A stretch of DNA of 64,000 nt from Octopus vulgaris (Eukaryota), in contig OX597814.1 in the NCBI GenBank assembly GCA_951406725.2, forward strand, positions 135,594,001-135,658,000, in the 5' to 3' direction. The translations under genes were made by a program, and so were the position numbers. Shown here one piece after another: positions 37,837-52,440 of this stretch (position 1 is the first letter of the stretch; every line of letters starts with the position of its first letter). The notes below the pieces were generated by a model. The model saw only the letters and a program-made list of their open reading frames with translations. It was not told where the DNA came from and did no database searches.

Positions 37837-39208
37837 AATGAGTGATAGAGGTGAGCACACATCAAACAAGTGAAAGAAGCAGCAAATATAAACTTAACAG
37901 GGACATAATGAGTAAGACACACATGTGAGAGAGAGAGAAACAGACAATGCCTCTTTGCGTCCATCACTGTCACCATTATACATTTGAATTTTGCAACCAT
38001 TGTGGTTCTTTTCCATGAGGCCAAGTATCTGGAGATCAGTGCCTTGTACCCTATGCCTGATTCCTCTTATATCCCAGTTTTTCTTTCAGTTCATTTGCAC
38101 TCCATCATTCAACCTGTATCAGGTTAACTATAAACAGAAGCAATCAAGCTATGTCCATCCCATCTATTTTAAATGGGTGATGAAAGATTACACTAACCAA
38201 AAATTGTAGTGTTATTTCCAATACAAGGTTCGGTACTTGTTGCAGTGTGGTGTTTTGTGTGTCTCAATAATCCTGAGAGCTATACCAGTGAACCACAAGC
38301 ACCTGGTTAGTTTCTCATGCTGGACAGGTCAAAGGAGAGATACCAGATTAATATGGACTTATGTCTTATCAGAAGTAAAAACAGGATTGTGTCAGGGCCA
38401 ATGCCCCTTGCTAGACGGAAGCAAAGTTATAGATGCAACAATGACAACTGAAAACCAACAAGACCTGGAGAAACCTAAGGAAAGCATAATCCCACAAAAA
38501 AGTAGATGTGAGGACATGCTAAAATCAATAAGAGGAAGAATGTTGAGACAGAGCTGAATAATCAATGATCCTACTGGTCAGAAACAAAACAGACAGTCCA
38601 GAGTCAAGAACAGTGGAAAAACGTTGATAGCCTATGCTCCTTAGGGAGTGAAGAGATTAAAGAAAGAAGAAAAGGGTTGTCTAGTGAAGGCAGATAGTAG
38701 AGTGGTTAGGATGTTGGATTTGTGATTATTGAATTGTATGAGGGCGGGGCTGCTGAAAAGTTCCTGGCTTTAAGGCTATTGTGAAAGGCCTGGTTGGAGA
38801 CCCAACCTCCCAAGTTCTTTTACAGGGCTCAGAAGAACTGAAGGACCACTGCAATAAGTGTGTGAACATGAGAGGGGAATATGTTGAATAAAATCAATTA
38901 ACTGATTCTCCTACATTTTCTTTAACCCAAAGCCAAGAACTTTTCAACACCCCCATCACAGGTTTGATACATGGACCAGGTAACAAATGAGTGATAGCGG
39001 TGAGCACACATCAAACAAGTGAAAGAAGCAGTAAATATAAACTTAACAGGGACATAATGGGTAAGACATACATAATGAGAGAGAAAGAGAGAGAAAAACA
39101 GACAATGCGTCTGCATCCATCAGTCACCATTTTACATTCGAATTTTGCAATCATTGTGGTTCTTTTCCATGAGGCCAAGTATCTGGAGATCAGTGCCTTG
39201 TACCCTAT
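37837..39208. repeat. Dispersed direct repeat of about 220 bp (37837-38054 and 38986-39208)
   Basis: Colinear copies, high identity by eye, 1149 bp apart. Confidence 0.9.
38739..38959 (+). mobile_element. mariner-derived MITE
   Basis: TIR GCTGAAAAGTTCCTGGCTTT / AAAGCCAAGAACTTTTCAAC; internal transposase C-terminus NKCVNMRGEYVE*. Confidence 0.75.
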
Positions 39209-39658
39209 AACGGATATCCTATGCTGAAAATGATCACCAATGACAGCTAGGAGTAACTCTGCAATGGTCTAGCACTCAATTCAAACAAGGGTGGGTCAGA
39301 GAAACTTGTAGACTTAGTCATCTAAGTGCTTTGAAAAATGTAGATGAGGCCCAACCTCAAGAGCCAGTAGATTCAAAGCAGACAAAGAAAGGATATTACT
39401 TATGGGAGATTTGGTTGGTATTTGTAGCAGGTGCAACAACTGTAAAGAATTTATTCGTGAATTTCAAAGAAAATTAAAAGGAGAATTCAGATACAGGTGC
39501 AGGCATGGCTGTGTGATAAAATGTTTGCTTCCCAACCTTATGGATCCAGGTTCAGTCCCACTGCATAGGACCTTGAGCAAGTCCCTTCTGCTATAGCCTC
39601 AGTTTGAACAAAGCCTTGTGAGTGGATTTGGTAGACAGAAACTGAAAGAAGCCTATTT

Positions 39659-39691
<33 letters not shown>

Positions 39692-42029
39692 CCACCACTT
39701 GACAACTGGTGTTGGTTTGCTTACATCTCTAACTTAGCAGTTCAGCAAAATAGTCTAATAGAATAAGTCCCAGGCTTTAAAAAAAAATAAGTACTGGGGT
39801 TGACTCATTCAGTTAAAAATTCTTGAAGTCAGTGCTCCAGCATGGTGACAGTCTAATAACCGAAACAAGTAAAAGACATCTTACATTGAACAGATCTATT
39901 TGTCAAATCAACTGCTAATTAACAGATTTGACAAACCATTCTGATATATTGGAAGAGTTCATTACAAACAAGTCTTTACTTACAGGTGTAGAATAGTCAA
40001 TAGAATGCTTAGCCCTTTGGCATTTAAACCAACCATATCAGGCCAAATATTCTACATGTTTTATCTTCAAACTAGCCAGAGCTGGTCTCTCATCTGTTCA
40101 ACTTCATATTTTAAGAATGAGTTTACTGTTTCTAAAATGATGATTTTTAACAGGCACAAGGCTTCAAATTTGTAGGAGGAATATATTGATTTATACTGAG
40201 TCTAAGTGCTTCACCCTTTCGTTACCAACCCAGCTGAAACTGGCTGTGGCTCTGTCGTATAAATGTCTTGTTTTCATATGTTTTGAATTAAAATCTTCCA
40301 TCAAACCTTAGTCACAATTTATGTTCCTATCACTAGCTTAATGATAACTAAGTTATTTTACTAAATTTTTTGTTATATTTAAAGTAATTGAGAGAAACAC
40401 AGGGCATCTCAAAATAAATACAGTAACAAAAGGGTTAACTGATACTTTATTAGCACTGGAAAGATGAAATGTAAACTTAAACAGAAATTGAACTCAGAAC
40501 ATGAAGGGCTGTAACTAAATACTGCAAAGCATTTTTTTGGATGCTTTAACAATTCTGCCAACCCACATTAAACTTATTACTTAGAATAAACAAACATGAA
40601 TAATAAAACAAAAAAATGTTATGAAATAATAAGAAAAAAGGATTCTATTTTTGTCTTCACTACCATAATATCAACATCTGTCCTGTATTATATTGGTAGC
40701 AGGATATAGAAGGATCTGTAGAGACACCTTCAGACAGCTTATTCTTTCTTTAGGTGTGATGGCAGAGGTGGTGGTGATGTGGGTGTAGAATGTATACACG
40801 TGTGCCTATGTGCATGAGCCTGTCAGTCAATGTTAGCACAATCATCTTTTGACAATGTTAACTAGGTGAGGATCAAAATATTAATTTTTTTTTAAATACA
40901 AACATTGTGATCAAACAAAACTGTAAAAAAAAAATTAAATAAATAAATAAACTGGCACAATAATTCAGCTTGGTGACCTATTAAAGCTAACCAACCCCTG
41001 ATAAAACAGCCCTGAGTCAACAATAGCTCTAACCTTTAATGAATGTTAACCAAAATGTTTTGACAGGTTTGCTGGTTTCTGCCATTTCTAAAATCCAGTT
41101 TCTTTGTCAATAAAGGTGTGGTTCTGCTGGGAAAGAATCTGGAGTTGATTTTTTTCACTTTTTTTTTTTTGTATTTAAAAATCAACAACCTGAATTCTGA
41201 GCTGACAAGAGAACCTCTATACAATCGTTTGGCTAGCTAGAAATAGCAGCCAAATCTTCCTCAAATCACACCCAATTGTCTTAAAAAAAAAAATAAAAAT
41301 AAAGGGTACATCAGATAATGTAGTACAGGATAAATATTATCATTGTGTTAACATTCACTTTTCCATGCTTGCAGAGGTTGAATAAAGTTTATTGTGGCAG
41401 ATTTTCAACTATTGGATGCCTTCCCATCACCAACCCTCACCTGTCTCCAAGTAAGGTAATATTTCCCCACTACAACACCAGCTGTCAAACGGTATCAGGG
41501 ACAAATACAGACACACGTACATCTATACATATGAGATGGGTTTCTTTCAGTTTCTCTCTGCTAAATCCACTCACAGGGCTTTGGTCAGCCCAAGGCTATA
41601 GTAGAAGACACTAACCCAAAGTGCCATGCAGTGGGGATGAACCTTGAACCATGTGGTTGGTTCATGCCTGCACCTTAATCAGTTTTATATGCAATGTTAA
41701 GATGACATCTACAGAGAGAAGCCCAATACTTTGTATTAATGGCTTGTAATCTCATTAAATATGTAGCTGATGTAATTCTTTGAATAATTTAATGAGGTTG
41801 ACTGAACAAAAGAAGGTTAACAAATGGTCAGAATTTAAGTATTTTCTAGAAATGAACAGAAAATAATGTTTTGGGGACACAGGTTTTATGTTATGTGTAT
41901 GAGATCTCCAGCAATGATCATCAATGATTACAAGACCTAGCATTTGTAGTTACTTTGTGGGTTTTAATTGCTTGTTATTTAAGATTGGAGTGGATAAACT
42001 GCAAGCTTGTGTCTTTACTATAAACAGTG

Positions 42030-42400
42030 ATTTATTTGGTGCTGTTGAAAGAGACAAGAATGTGATGCCCCTCATTGATGAATGTTTTCAGTAAGGTAGT
42101 GAAGGCTTGATATGAGGTATTGAGGTTGCACAAGGATGATGTCTGTGTGCAGAAGGTTGGGAAAGAATTAAAGGTGGTATCATGTGCATAGGGGTGGATA
42201 TAATTAGAGGTGACAGCAAACAGGTTAATGTACAGAAGGAAGAGTGTAGAAGACAATTGAAATTAGGAGCACACAAGCTATGATAGAATGTGGGTAAGAG
42301 ATAGCCACATCATTACATGCTGTGATTGTGTGATTGGACAGGAAGATTTCAGTACAAGAAGTTCTTGTTGCCAAATGCAGTTAAAAGCTTTGATTTAAAG
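42030..42400 (-). pseudogene. Old non-LTR reverse transcriptase remnant
   Basis: KAFNCIWQQELL (KAFD.V.H..LL) and SSTLFLLYIN...IHPYAHDTT (LSP.LF..YINDL...YADD). Confidence 0.6.
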
Positions 42401-45400
42401 TGAGATGTCTCTGCTGTGAATTTCTTTTTATTTGGCCTGCAAGGACAACTTTATCACTGCCATATAATTTTTATTTTCACACAAAACATTTTACCCAAAC
42501 TAACTTTGTTATTTCTCTTTTAACCCTTCAGTATTTAAACAGGCCATATCCAGCCACAAATATTCTACCAATTTTATGTCCTGTCTCTCACAACTACCCT
42601 ACAATGTCATAAAAATAAACAATCACAAAACCAAAATTTTGAAGTTTCAAGAAAATGTTCTGACTGGCATCAGTGTCAGTGACACGTAAAAAGCACCAAC
42701 CGATCATGGCCGTTTGCCAGCCTCCTTTGACCCATGTGCCGGTGGCACGTAAAAAGCACCCACTACACTCACAGAGTGGTTGGCGTTAGGAAGGGCATCC
42801 AACTGTAGAAACACTGCCAGATCAGACTGGAGCTTGGTGCAGCCTCCTGGCTTCCCAGACCCCGGTCAAACAGTCCAACCCATGCTAGCATGGAAAACAG
42901 ACATTAAACAATGATGATGATGATTGAATGAATAAAGAAGTGTTACATATGACAGAATAATCTGAATGTTAAAGGGCTAAATAGGCTTTCCAAATGTTCA
43001 ATGAGTAACAATAGGAAGCAAAGGCACCATAATTTTCATTTCTGATTCTTACCACAAGTACATGAGATGTTGTATACATGCAGTATATGAAAATATATTT
43101 AAATAGCCTTAAAAAGACAATTGACAGATATTTGTAGAACTTGTGTGTCTTCATAGTAAATAATATAAAGGTATATGCCTTATTGATTATGCTGTTAAAC
43201 TCATGATCACAGGGTTGTGGGTTTGATTAGCATATGAAGTCATATACTATGTCCTTGACAAGGTACTTTTACACTAAATGCCAATCAACTACATCTGTTG
43301 CATTGTAGCATTTAACAGATTAACTCTTCTAACTACAAGAGGTCTTCTAAGTACAAGATGGCTTTTGATGGCTACAGAATATTTGATGATAGTAAAAGCC
43401 ATGGTTGCAGTAAAAAATATGGAAGTTCAGTCCCTACCTAAAACTCACATCTGGAAACTGATTGAAAAAAAGTCTTCAAAACATTCTGTCAGAAGTTAAC
43501 AGACCGAAAAATATTTTTGCACAAAACTTAAATTACTTGAAAGAATTTTGTCTGACATTCTACGTTTTCTGTCAGTAATAACAATAACAACCATAACTAA
43601 AACAACAAAACAAAAAAAGGAAGAATAGAGCTAAAATACACTTTGATCTGAAACACTTGGAGATAACAAGATGACATTGTCATCTGCACTGTATCATATA
43701 ACCATAGAAAACAAAAATATATAAAAATCAGTCTACCATTAGTAAAAATTTCACTTTAAAATAGATGTTATTGTTTAACCCAGGTCAGCTCTGACTGAGC
43801 AATCAACCTCTGTTGTAGCTGTGATCATTCCCTATTTTTGTATATCAACAAATACTATAAGTTGTCCAATGTATCTATACTCCAGGTATTATCTTTTATC
43901 TTTTACCTGTTTCAGTCATTAGACTGTGACCATGCTGGGGCACAGCTTTGAAGAATTTTTAGCTGAATATATTATTTCATTGGTCTCTTGCCAAACTTAA
44001 GTTACAGAGATGTAAACACACCAGCACTGGTTGTCAAGTATTGGGATGGTGTGGGGGACAAACACAGATACAAAGACACAAACACACACACCAGACTTCT
44101 TTCATTTTCCGTCTACCAAATCCAGTCACAAGGCTTTGGTCGGTCCAAGGCTATAGTAGAAGACACTTGCCCAAGGCACCATGCAGTGGGGTTGAACCCT
44201 GAACCATGTGGTTGGGAAGCAAGCTTTTTACTACTCAGCCATGCCTTTGCCTATAGTAGTGTATAACTTAAGATAAATTTGGCTGTTATTTATAGTAGGT
44301 CAAATGAGCAGGCTATAGACCCAGGAATAATATAAATAAAACAGGAAACTAAATGTATTTTTAGTTTTAGCCTTTTTCAAGCGTCTTCCTTTTCCAAAGT
44401 TGTCACAGTCTTTTATCCCTCATCGTCTTAATGTCCACTTTTCCATTGGTCAAATGGAAATTGTCCATAGGCAGAGGATTGGTTGTGTGGTTAAGAAGCT
44501 TGTTTCCCAACCTAATCTTCAGAAAAAGTTGCCAAATTATGCCTAATCATCTCAGAAATGAAAGGATAGTTTGGGGTAATGTAGTACACAATAAATCATA
44601 TCTTGTGCTGATCTGGGGCTAAACAAAAACAACAGCAACCCGAGAAATAGATAAAAAAAACAAAGTCAACCCAGGTCACATTTAAGCTTACAATATAAAG
44701 TGATAACTGCACTATATTTCATCTGACAAGCTACTGTATAAGGGTCACACTGTCACTAATATATATTAATTACAAATTAATTTCAAAATATCTCAACTAG
44801 TTCTTCAGTAGCACAGAATATCTAGAACTGAAGATGAATTTTTTTTTTTTAAACCCATTCTCCAAATCTCAAAAATTTGTTGTGCCTCATCATCATCAAC
44901 AAAATTTAACATCCATTTCCTATTCTGGTATGAGTTGGACAGATTGACATGAACTGGCAAGGCCAAGAACTGCATCAGGTTCCATAGTGTATTTTGGTAT
45001 GATTTCTATGACTGGATGCTCTTCCTAACACCAACCATTTTACAGAATGTACTGGGTGCTTTTTACATGGCACTAGCACTCATGCTTATGATTTTTATAT
45101 GGTACCTTGGTTTTAGGATCTCAATTCTGTTGTGATGGACAAGTCTTCATGAGTACAGTAAAGCAGTACATATCTCAGTCATCTGTCATCTCCTTCATAA
45201 AGCTCAACGTTTTGAGATCAGCCTTCAATACTTCATTCCATGTCTGTCACTTAACATACAAGAACCAGCAATCATATTTCTATCAGCTCATACACTACCA
45301 TCTTCAAAAAGGAAGGACTCATATGGTCCTTATACAATATCATCATCATCATTTGATGTTCTCCTTCCATGTTAGCATGAGTTGGATGGCTCAACATGAT

Positions 45401-46849
45401 CCATTCCATTGAACCAGATGGCTGTGGTCAGCTCAAATGTCTTCTCTGATACGGGTTTTTTATGAATGGATGCCTGTCCTAATACTAACCACTTCACAGA
45501 ATATATCTTATTTTTTTACTTGTTTTAGTAATTAGGCTGTGGGCATGCTGGTGCACCAACTTAAAGAACTTTAGTCAAACAAATCAATCCCAGTAAATTA
45601 TGTTTTTTAAGCCTGGTACTTATTCTATCAGTCTCTAAAATACGGGGGTGTAAATATACCAACATTGGTTGTCAAGTGGTGTGGAGAGGAGGGGGGAGAC
45701 TGACACAAGTACACACATTTTTTTTTACATTTTTACTTGTTTCTTTATCATTTTTTATACGTGCACATGTTATATATTATTATTTTAATGTCCACTTCTC
45801 CATACTTGAATGGTTTGGATGGCATTTATTAAGGCAGATTTTCTACATTTGGATACCCTTTCCATCACCAACCCTCAACCGTTACCAAGCAAGGTAGTAT
45901 TTTTCCATAGCCAAATAAGTTCACAGAATGAGTTACTGCATATGTGAGACTGACGTTCATTTACTACGGTCAAATGATGTGAAGACAAAGAGAGTTGCAC
46001 ATGCATGCACAGGTATGTGCACATGCGCACACACACAGAGGGCTTCTTATAGTTTCCATTTACCTAATCTACTAACATGGTTTTGGTTGGTCCAGTACCA
46101 AGGTAACACACAGTGGGACTGAACCTGAAACCATGTTGTTGGGAAGCAAACTTATCCACACAGCCACACCTGCATCACACATACACACACACTCTCTCAC
46201 TCACTCTCTCTCTCTCAAAGAGGAGGGAGAAAAAGAGAGAGAACAGTCGGTCTTGACTTCATTTTAGCATTGAGAACAATAATAGAAATGTCAAACAAAG
46301 TTATTGAACAAAGAGATGAGATTAAGTTATCACAAGATAAAAATGCATATCGAGTGCATGTATAAATGCATGTATATGTACACATGAAAATGTGAGGGAG
46401 AGGTGTACACATGAAAATATGAGGGATGGATGTGTGTGTGTAGGAGTGTATATAATTAGATAATCATTTAATATATGATTTGATTATGTTATCTGTTTGT
46501 TATTTATGTGCTTGCATGTGAACACATAAAATCTGCTTGCAAAAGAAGAAGTACTCAATACATGTTGTAGAGCATATTCGTTTATTCAGAGGTTTACAAC
46601 TGAAAGTTTACTCAGTTTACTGTGCGATGTGTGTCTCAGTCTCTGGCATGTTCTTCAATCAACTTGATAATGAATATACAAAAGATGGACTTAATAAACA
46701 TACAAGAGATGGAAGACTCAGATTAGTGGTCTACAGGAGATGTAGGATCCATACACTATGGGCAACCTTCATCTTTTTCTATTCAAAAGGGCTTTCCAAC
46801 TCAATATTTATATGTTATTTATAGCTTTATATGTGTACCCAAGGTATTC

Positions 46850-46879
<30 letters not shown>

Positions 46880-46883
<4 letters not shown>

Positions 46884-47434
46884 CAAAAGACCCCCCCCCC
46901 GTCCAATGGACGGTGCTGAGTTGTCAAACATTTAAACCAAATTTTCTCAAAACAACTTGTCTGACCGTCCCATAGGCCTCCCTTTTGAGAAACACTGATT
47001 TAACCTAAATTTGAGACACCAGCAAAAGAAGAAATAAAGATAGACTTTTTATCTATTCCAAAGAAAAACGATTTTATTCACACAAATATGCAACCGAAGA
47101 GTTTAAAGTACCAGTAATGATAAGGCTGTTGACTGGGAGAACACAAACATGGTTTAAACAGTAAGCTTGGCAGGAAAGAAACATGCCTTTAAGCAGTACA
47201 AAAACAACAAAAAATGGAAGGTGCAGTTATGTACAGGTTGACGGAAGAAAAGCAGGACAAAAACGGCTTTATCAATCACATTCTCACCTGGAATCGATTT
47301 TTGTAATTTTTTCAAGACTTATACATGCCCTGATACCGTCGGTATCTACATATCAAATTTGAGTGCAATTGGATGGAGGATGCCCAAGAGCCTAGAAGAC
47401 ACACACACACACAGAATGGATTTTATGTATTAGA
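46880..47434 (-). mobile_element. Non-autonomous Helitron 5' portion
   Basis: Reverse complement starts A|TCTAATACATAAAA, then (GT)n and CATCCAATTGCACTCAAATTTG, the same layout as the 5' end at 56350; no 3' CTAG seen. Confidence 0.55.
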
Positions 47435-47724
47435 TATTCAAATATGAATTAAAAGCAGCTTGAGGTATTATATACAGAATTGAACACACATACACAAGGT
47501 ATGTGTGTTATTAGTTCGTGAGACAGCTACAGTTTTTAGGCATAAGAGAATATATTCTCTGTGCACCTGGTATAAAAAATACACCTGAAAGTATGCCATA
47601 GTCAAGCGAGATAACTCCCATAGATCCCTTCTCAAAGCAACAGACATCAATGCTTCATCATTGTTATGATTTAGCAATACCATGTATCAGACAAGGCCTG
47701 ATGTAAGCCATATTGCCAACTATG

Positions 47725-47757
<33 letters not shown>

Positions 47758-49633
47758 TAATCGTTTCCAATTCCGGTATTTCATACATTGGGTGAATTTT
47801 GTGTGTATACTTAGAGTTGAATTGTATAGAATTTTAGAGAGTATCTGATGAGTTAGTTTTCTTTCTTTGCATTAATTTGTAAATATAAAATTGTATTGTA
47901 TAATGCTGAACATACATATTGATGCAAACATGTATAATTTTTGCATACTGAAATTAATGCTACATGAAAATTATGAAATGACTAATCATATAAAAATCAC
48001 AGAAAAATAATCTACCTTCATGTCTCACACCTGACTATGCTCTTGCTGATTTCAAATCTCAGTGTTTGAATGTTTTGCTTATAAAATTTTATGCACCATG
48101 TGCTCTGTTTTTGGTGCAAAAAAAAAACCAGTTGCACAGTCAGAGTTTAACGTGTCAGTTATGGATTTATTATCCAGTAGGTCACACTGACGAGGCTCAG
48201 GGTTTAAATATCCAAAAACCGAAACCTGGTTTGTGAATATCCTTAATTGCATAATATTCTTATTTGTGCTGTTAAATGTTTTAATCCTTTCTGTTTTCCT
48301 AGCATACTGTTTTTCTCTGTTATCTTGGTTCGGTACAGTGGATAAATTTAAGACTTTAGCTCTTATTTCTAGCAGGTGGATGCTTGTTAAACATCCTAAC
48401 GCTTCATACAAATTTATAATTCATAGCTACTTAATGCTATTGTGCCTGCAATCCACCTATGTCACTGCTGGTGATATCCTCAATTTTAAAATCTATCCAC
48501 AGATGATATGAACAGTAGTGACATCTGATTTCAAATCTCACTGTTTGAATGTTTTGCTTATATATATATCACAGGCATTATCAAGAATAAAATCAGAGTG
48601 TTTCATACGTAAATTAAAATAGTTAATGATATACTTTGTTTCGTGATTATAACTTAAAATTTTGTATACACAAAAATCTTGATAATCAAACAATGAAATA
48701 CAACCACTCAATGCATTTGTATAGTGACATGTCACAAATATATAATAATACTCTTGTGTTTATTAATGAGAAAAGAAGGGGTGATAGATGAATAAGGAAG
48801 GAAGGTGTGATGTCATACTTGGATGATGAAAGTTGTACGCTGAAAAAAGTAAATCAAACAGCGTTTCAACTGTGTGAATATATGTGTATGTAAAAGTGAG
48901 GTACGTGTGTGTGTGTGTGTGTATGTGTCTGTGTGTACACACAAAGTGAGATGGTTTGTCTTTGTTCGCTTAATATTTGGGCTTATTTTTTGATTTGGTT
49001 GAATCTTGGTTGTTTCTTTTTTTTTTTTTATTGGTCAGTTATTTTCAGCATTTTGACATATATATAAACACACACACATGCATTTTTCTACTTGTTTCAT
49101 GGATTGCAACCAGGCTGGGGACATTGCCTTGAATGATTTTAGTTGATCACACAAATCACAGAAATTATTTTTAGGTGTAGTATTTAGCAATGAAACAAAC
49201 AGATTGCTAAGATATAGGATGTAAACAAGTATATTAATTTTTTTCCATCAATGACAGAGATAAATACACATGTGCATAAACACATGAAACCTGAGACCAT
49301 GTGGTTGTGAAGCAAACTTCTTAACCACACAGCTGTCTTCATCTTTCTCTCTCTCTATACGTGTATATATATGTGTGTGTGTGTGTGTGGAGAGAGATAG
49401 AGAGAATCACATACACACATTGAGAGAGAGAGAGAGAGACAGATAGAGACAATGAGTGAGAGACAGCGAGAAATATCAAATGCTTATTTTCTACTTGATT
49501 TATACAATATGATTAGCATTGACCAATAAATGATCAGTTTCATTGGGTCATGTAAAATGTGCTAAGAGTTAGGACATTGTGACATTCATAGCTTCTTCAA
49601 GAATGTTAATGATGAACGCAATGTTATCACCGG

Positions 49634-50501
49634 TGCAAAATATGCTTGTGGCATGTTCGAACTTGTAAACAAGCTACTCACCATGTTTTGCCATAGAGAA
49701 AATTTTTTGCTGTAGACAAATGGTGTAAATATTGGGTAACGATTTTTAAAGGAAAGAAAAAGGTCAATAAATTCTTGCCATTATATTTATAATCAATAAA
49801 AAATGAACCATTTTGTTGCACAATGTGTCTTCATCTTTCCTTTAACCCTTTTCCCAAAATTGAGGCGGTTTCATGGAAAAGAATTCATCAAGATATCTTT
49901 TTACATCATCCAAGGAATTGAAATTTTTACCATTAAGACTATTCTGCAGAGACCTGAATAAGTGGAAATCTGAAGGAGCAATATCTGGTGAATATGGAGG
50001 GTGGGGTGATACATCCTAGCCGAGCTGAAGCAATTTTTGTCTGGTTCCCAAAGCATCAAGTGTCGAAAATGAACTTTCTTATCTTCCATTTTAAAGGGTT
50101 ACAGAATTAACACAGGTTACAGGAACATAAACCTTCTTCCACGAAAAGATAGCTTAAACTGTGCTCTAAATGGAGGTGTAATCAAATCCTATTTTATGGA
50201 CTCAACCATGTTCTAAAATAAGTCGAAAGGTAAGCTACTATAAATCGGTACGAACTTTCTGGATAACCCAATACACCCAGATCAGTTCACAATGCTACCT
50301 ATCTAGAAAGTGAGGTACAAGCATTTTGGAGTGGTTATCTCCTCTTCAGTTACAGACACTAGGCAGGGGGATGCTGTGAACTGATAAAAGAGATTGTTTC
50401 TCTTATTTACATCATTTGTTTACAGTGAGAAATTTTCTCCATGACAAAACACAGTGAATGGCTTGTTTATGAGTCCAAGCGTGCTACAAGCATATTTGAA
50501 C
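49634..50501. repeat. Old fold-back, about 130-bp arms, interrupted by a mariner
   Basis: 49634-49731 is complementary to 50404-50501, and 50281-50306 to 50358-50384. Confidence 0.8.
49732..50271 (-). mobile_element. Internally deleted mariner element with TA TSD
   Basis: TTGGGT termini flanked by TA; MEDKKVHFRHLMLWE fused to HPPYSPDIAPSDFHLFRSLQNSLNGKNF. Confidence 0.9.
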
Positions 50502-51750
50502 TGCTTAGAGCTCTCCTTCCTTGATTAATGATGAAAGTAAAATGACTGAGCTACAATTGGAAATCATAAGCAGATTAGAAATCTCATTTTCAAAGAGCTC
50601 ACTTTTACTTTGTAGACTGTTTGATATTTGGTGATCAGATGTAATGATGTATTAATATCTTTGTCTAATGTTGATACAAAACTATACATTTTAGGGAAGG
50701 ATAGAGGCAAATTAATCCCCAATATTTGACTAGGTTTTTATTTTACTGATCCTAAAAGAATGAAAGAACAAAAGGCAAAATTGACTTGTGCAGGATTTGA
50801 ACTCAGAATGTAAAGGTCTGCAAATAAATTCCATAATCCACTTTCCATATTCATGTATTTAATATGTTCAAGTCTGGCAGAATCATTAGCATGCCAGGCC
50901 AAATGCTTAGCAACATTTTGTCCATCTTAACCTTCTGAGTTCAAATGCTGCCAGAGTTAACTTTGCCTTTCATCCTTCTGGAGCCGATAAAATAAGTACC
51001 AGTTGAGCACTGGGGGAGCAATGTAATTGACTTACCCCATTCCTCGAAATTGCTGGCCTTGAGCCAAAATTTGAAACCAATATTAATATGTCCAACCTCA
51101 TTGTTGTTTCATCCCACCACTTCCCAAAAAGTTACACAAAATAGGGTCCAGAATCACAAAACAGATTTAGACTCATAACCCATGGAGCGTTAGACACCTT
51201 AGCCACATATCCATTTCACTCACATAATCTTGCTTGCCGACTACTTTTTATGAACAAATGAGAGAGCCTCTGCCTGTTTGTCTGACTTGCTAGATATAGC
51301 AGTCAAATCTATCAATAACATCCTACTATCTTACCAAAAGATGGGTTGCTTTGAATAATGTAGTTCTAGATACAGTCATTTTTATTCAGATATAATGCAA
51401 CATCTTTATTTTATACTGCAATTTGCTATAACAGACCAATCACTGGTTTACTTAGGATATAAATATCTGCTGTCAGAAGCTATGTTGATGTAGGTCTTAT
51501 TTCAGTCATTGACCTTTTTGTTTTAAGCATTGAAAAGCTGATTGTGCAACTACTTTTAAAATAAGGATGTACAGAAGCATGAAAGAGGTATTGACCATAC
51601 AGAAAAAAATATATAGACAATATTTGCATTGAAAAATATAATATTAAAAAAAACAGCATATACTGTAGGTACAAGTGAAAAAATAAACAGAAAAGAGACT
51701 AAGTCAAGAATAAGAAATTGCAAGTAATTAAATATATATATATATATATG

Positions 51751-52440
51751 TTATTTAAAGGTCACAATACATGTATCAAAGCACTACTAATAGTTTCATA
51801 TGTTGAGAAAACTCAAACATATTCTTCAGGCTAAAACCACATATAAATAACTAAAAAAATTGAATAATTGAAAAAATGCAAAAAAAAACTGAGAAGGTAG
51901 CATGTAGAAAATGCATAAAGTAAAACAACAGAAAATGAAAAACAGAGACACAAAAACTAAAATGTAAAAACTAAAAAGGTAAAGGAGCTTTCCTCCTTAG
52001 ACCTTAAAGGATAAGGTTGGAAAGATATCAAGTCAGTCAGGAATAGGCAGAATTTTTCAGTTCTTCAAAATATATTTATACATATGCATGCAACCACTAA
52101 AAATTTCTGACCTAGAGTTCAATAGAGAGTTAAGGACCTTAGATCTGAACTGGATCTGTATTCTTTCACTCAAACAAAATTTACATTTATTTAATCCATT
52201 CACATAAGGTATGGATTTCTCAATTACTTTCCATTTAATCGCATGCGGTATTCCATTATCTTTCAAAGTCCATACATAGCTAGCCAACTTAGCTTTACTT
52301 TTGTCCCTGTCAGAAGGAGGCGACGTGATTGGCATAACGATTTTAAAATTCATTTTCACATAATCCAATCAGTTGTATTATTATTTAGGGTTGCAGTAAC
52401 TTCTGCCTCATAAATGACTGAGTTAGTCATACATTATTGG
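51751..52440 (-). mobile_element. Penelope-like element 3' end: GIY-YIG endonuclease pseudogene plus 3' UTR
   Basis: CMTNSVIYEAEVT, IGLCENEF.NRYANHVASF, LASYVWTLKD...IKWKVIEKSIPY...CKFCLSE...LLNSRSEIFSGCMH, typical of the PLE GIY-YIG domain. Confidence 0.85.
51781..51833 (-). ncRNA. Minimal hammerhead ribozyme motif in PLE 3' UTR
   Basis: CUGAAGA-AUAUGU(U)UGAG-uuuu-CUCA-ACAUAU-GAAAC-uauua-GUA; stem III near-palindromic; stem I weak. Confidence 0.6.

Noticed and set aside
40754-40865. Plus-strand AG...GTGAG exon-like segment
   Set aside because: Stops in all three frames and no companion plus-strand exons
49682-49694. Third phase-1 first exon ATGGCAAAACATG|GTGAGT
   Set aside because: Lies in one arm of an old inverted repeat, and the other arm lacks the donor; only 4 codons
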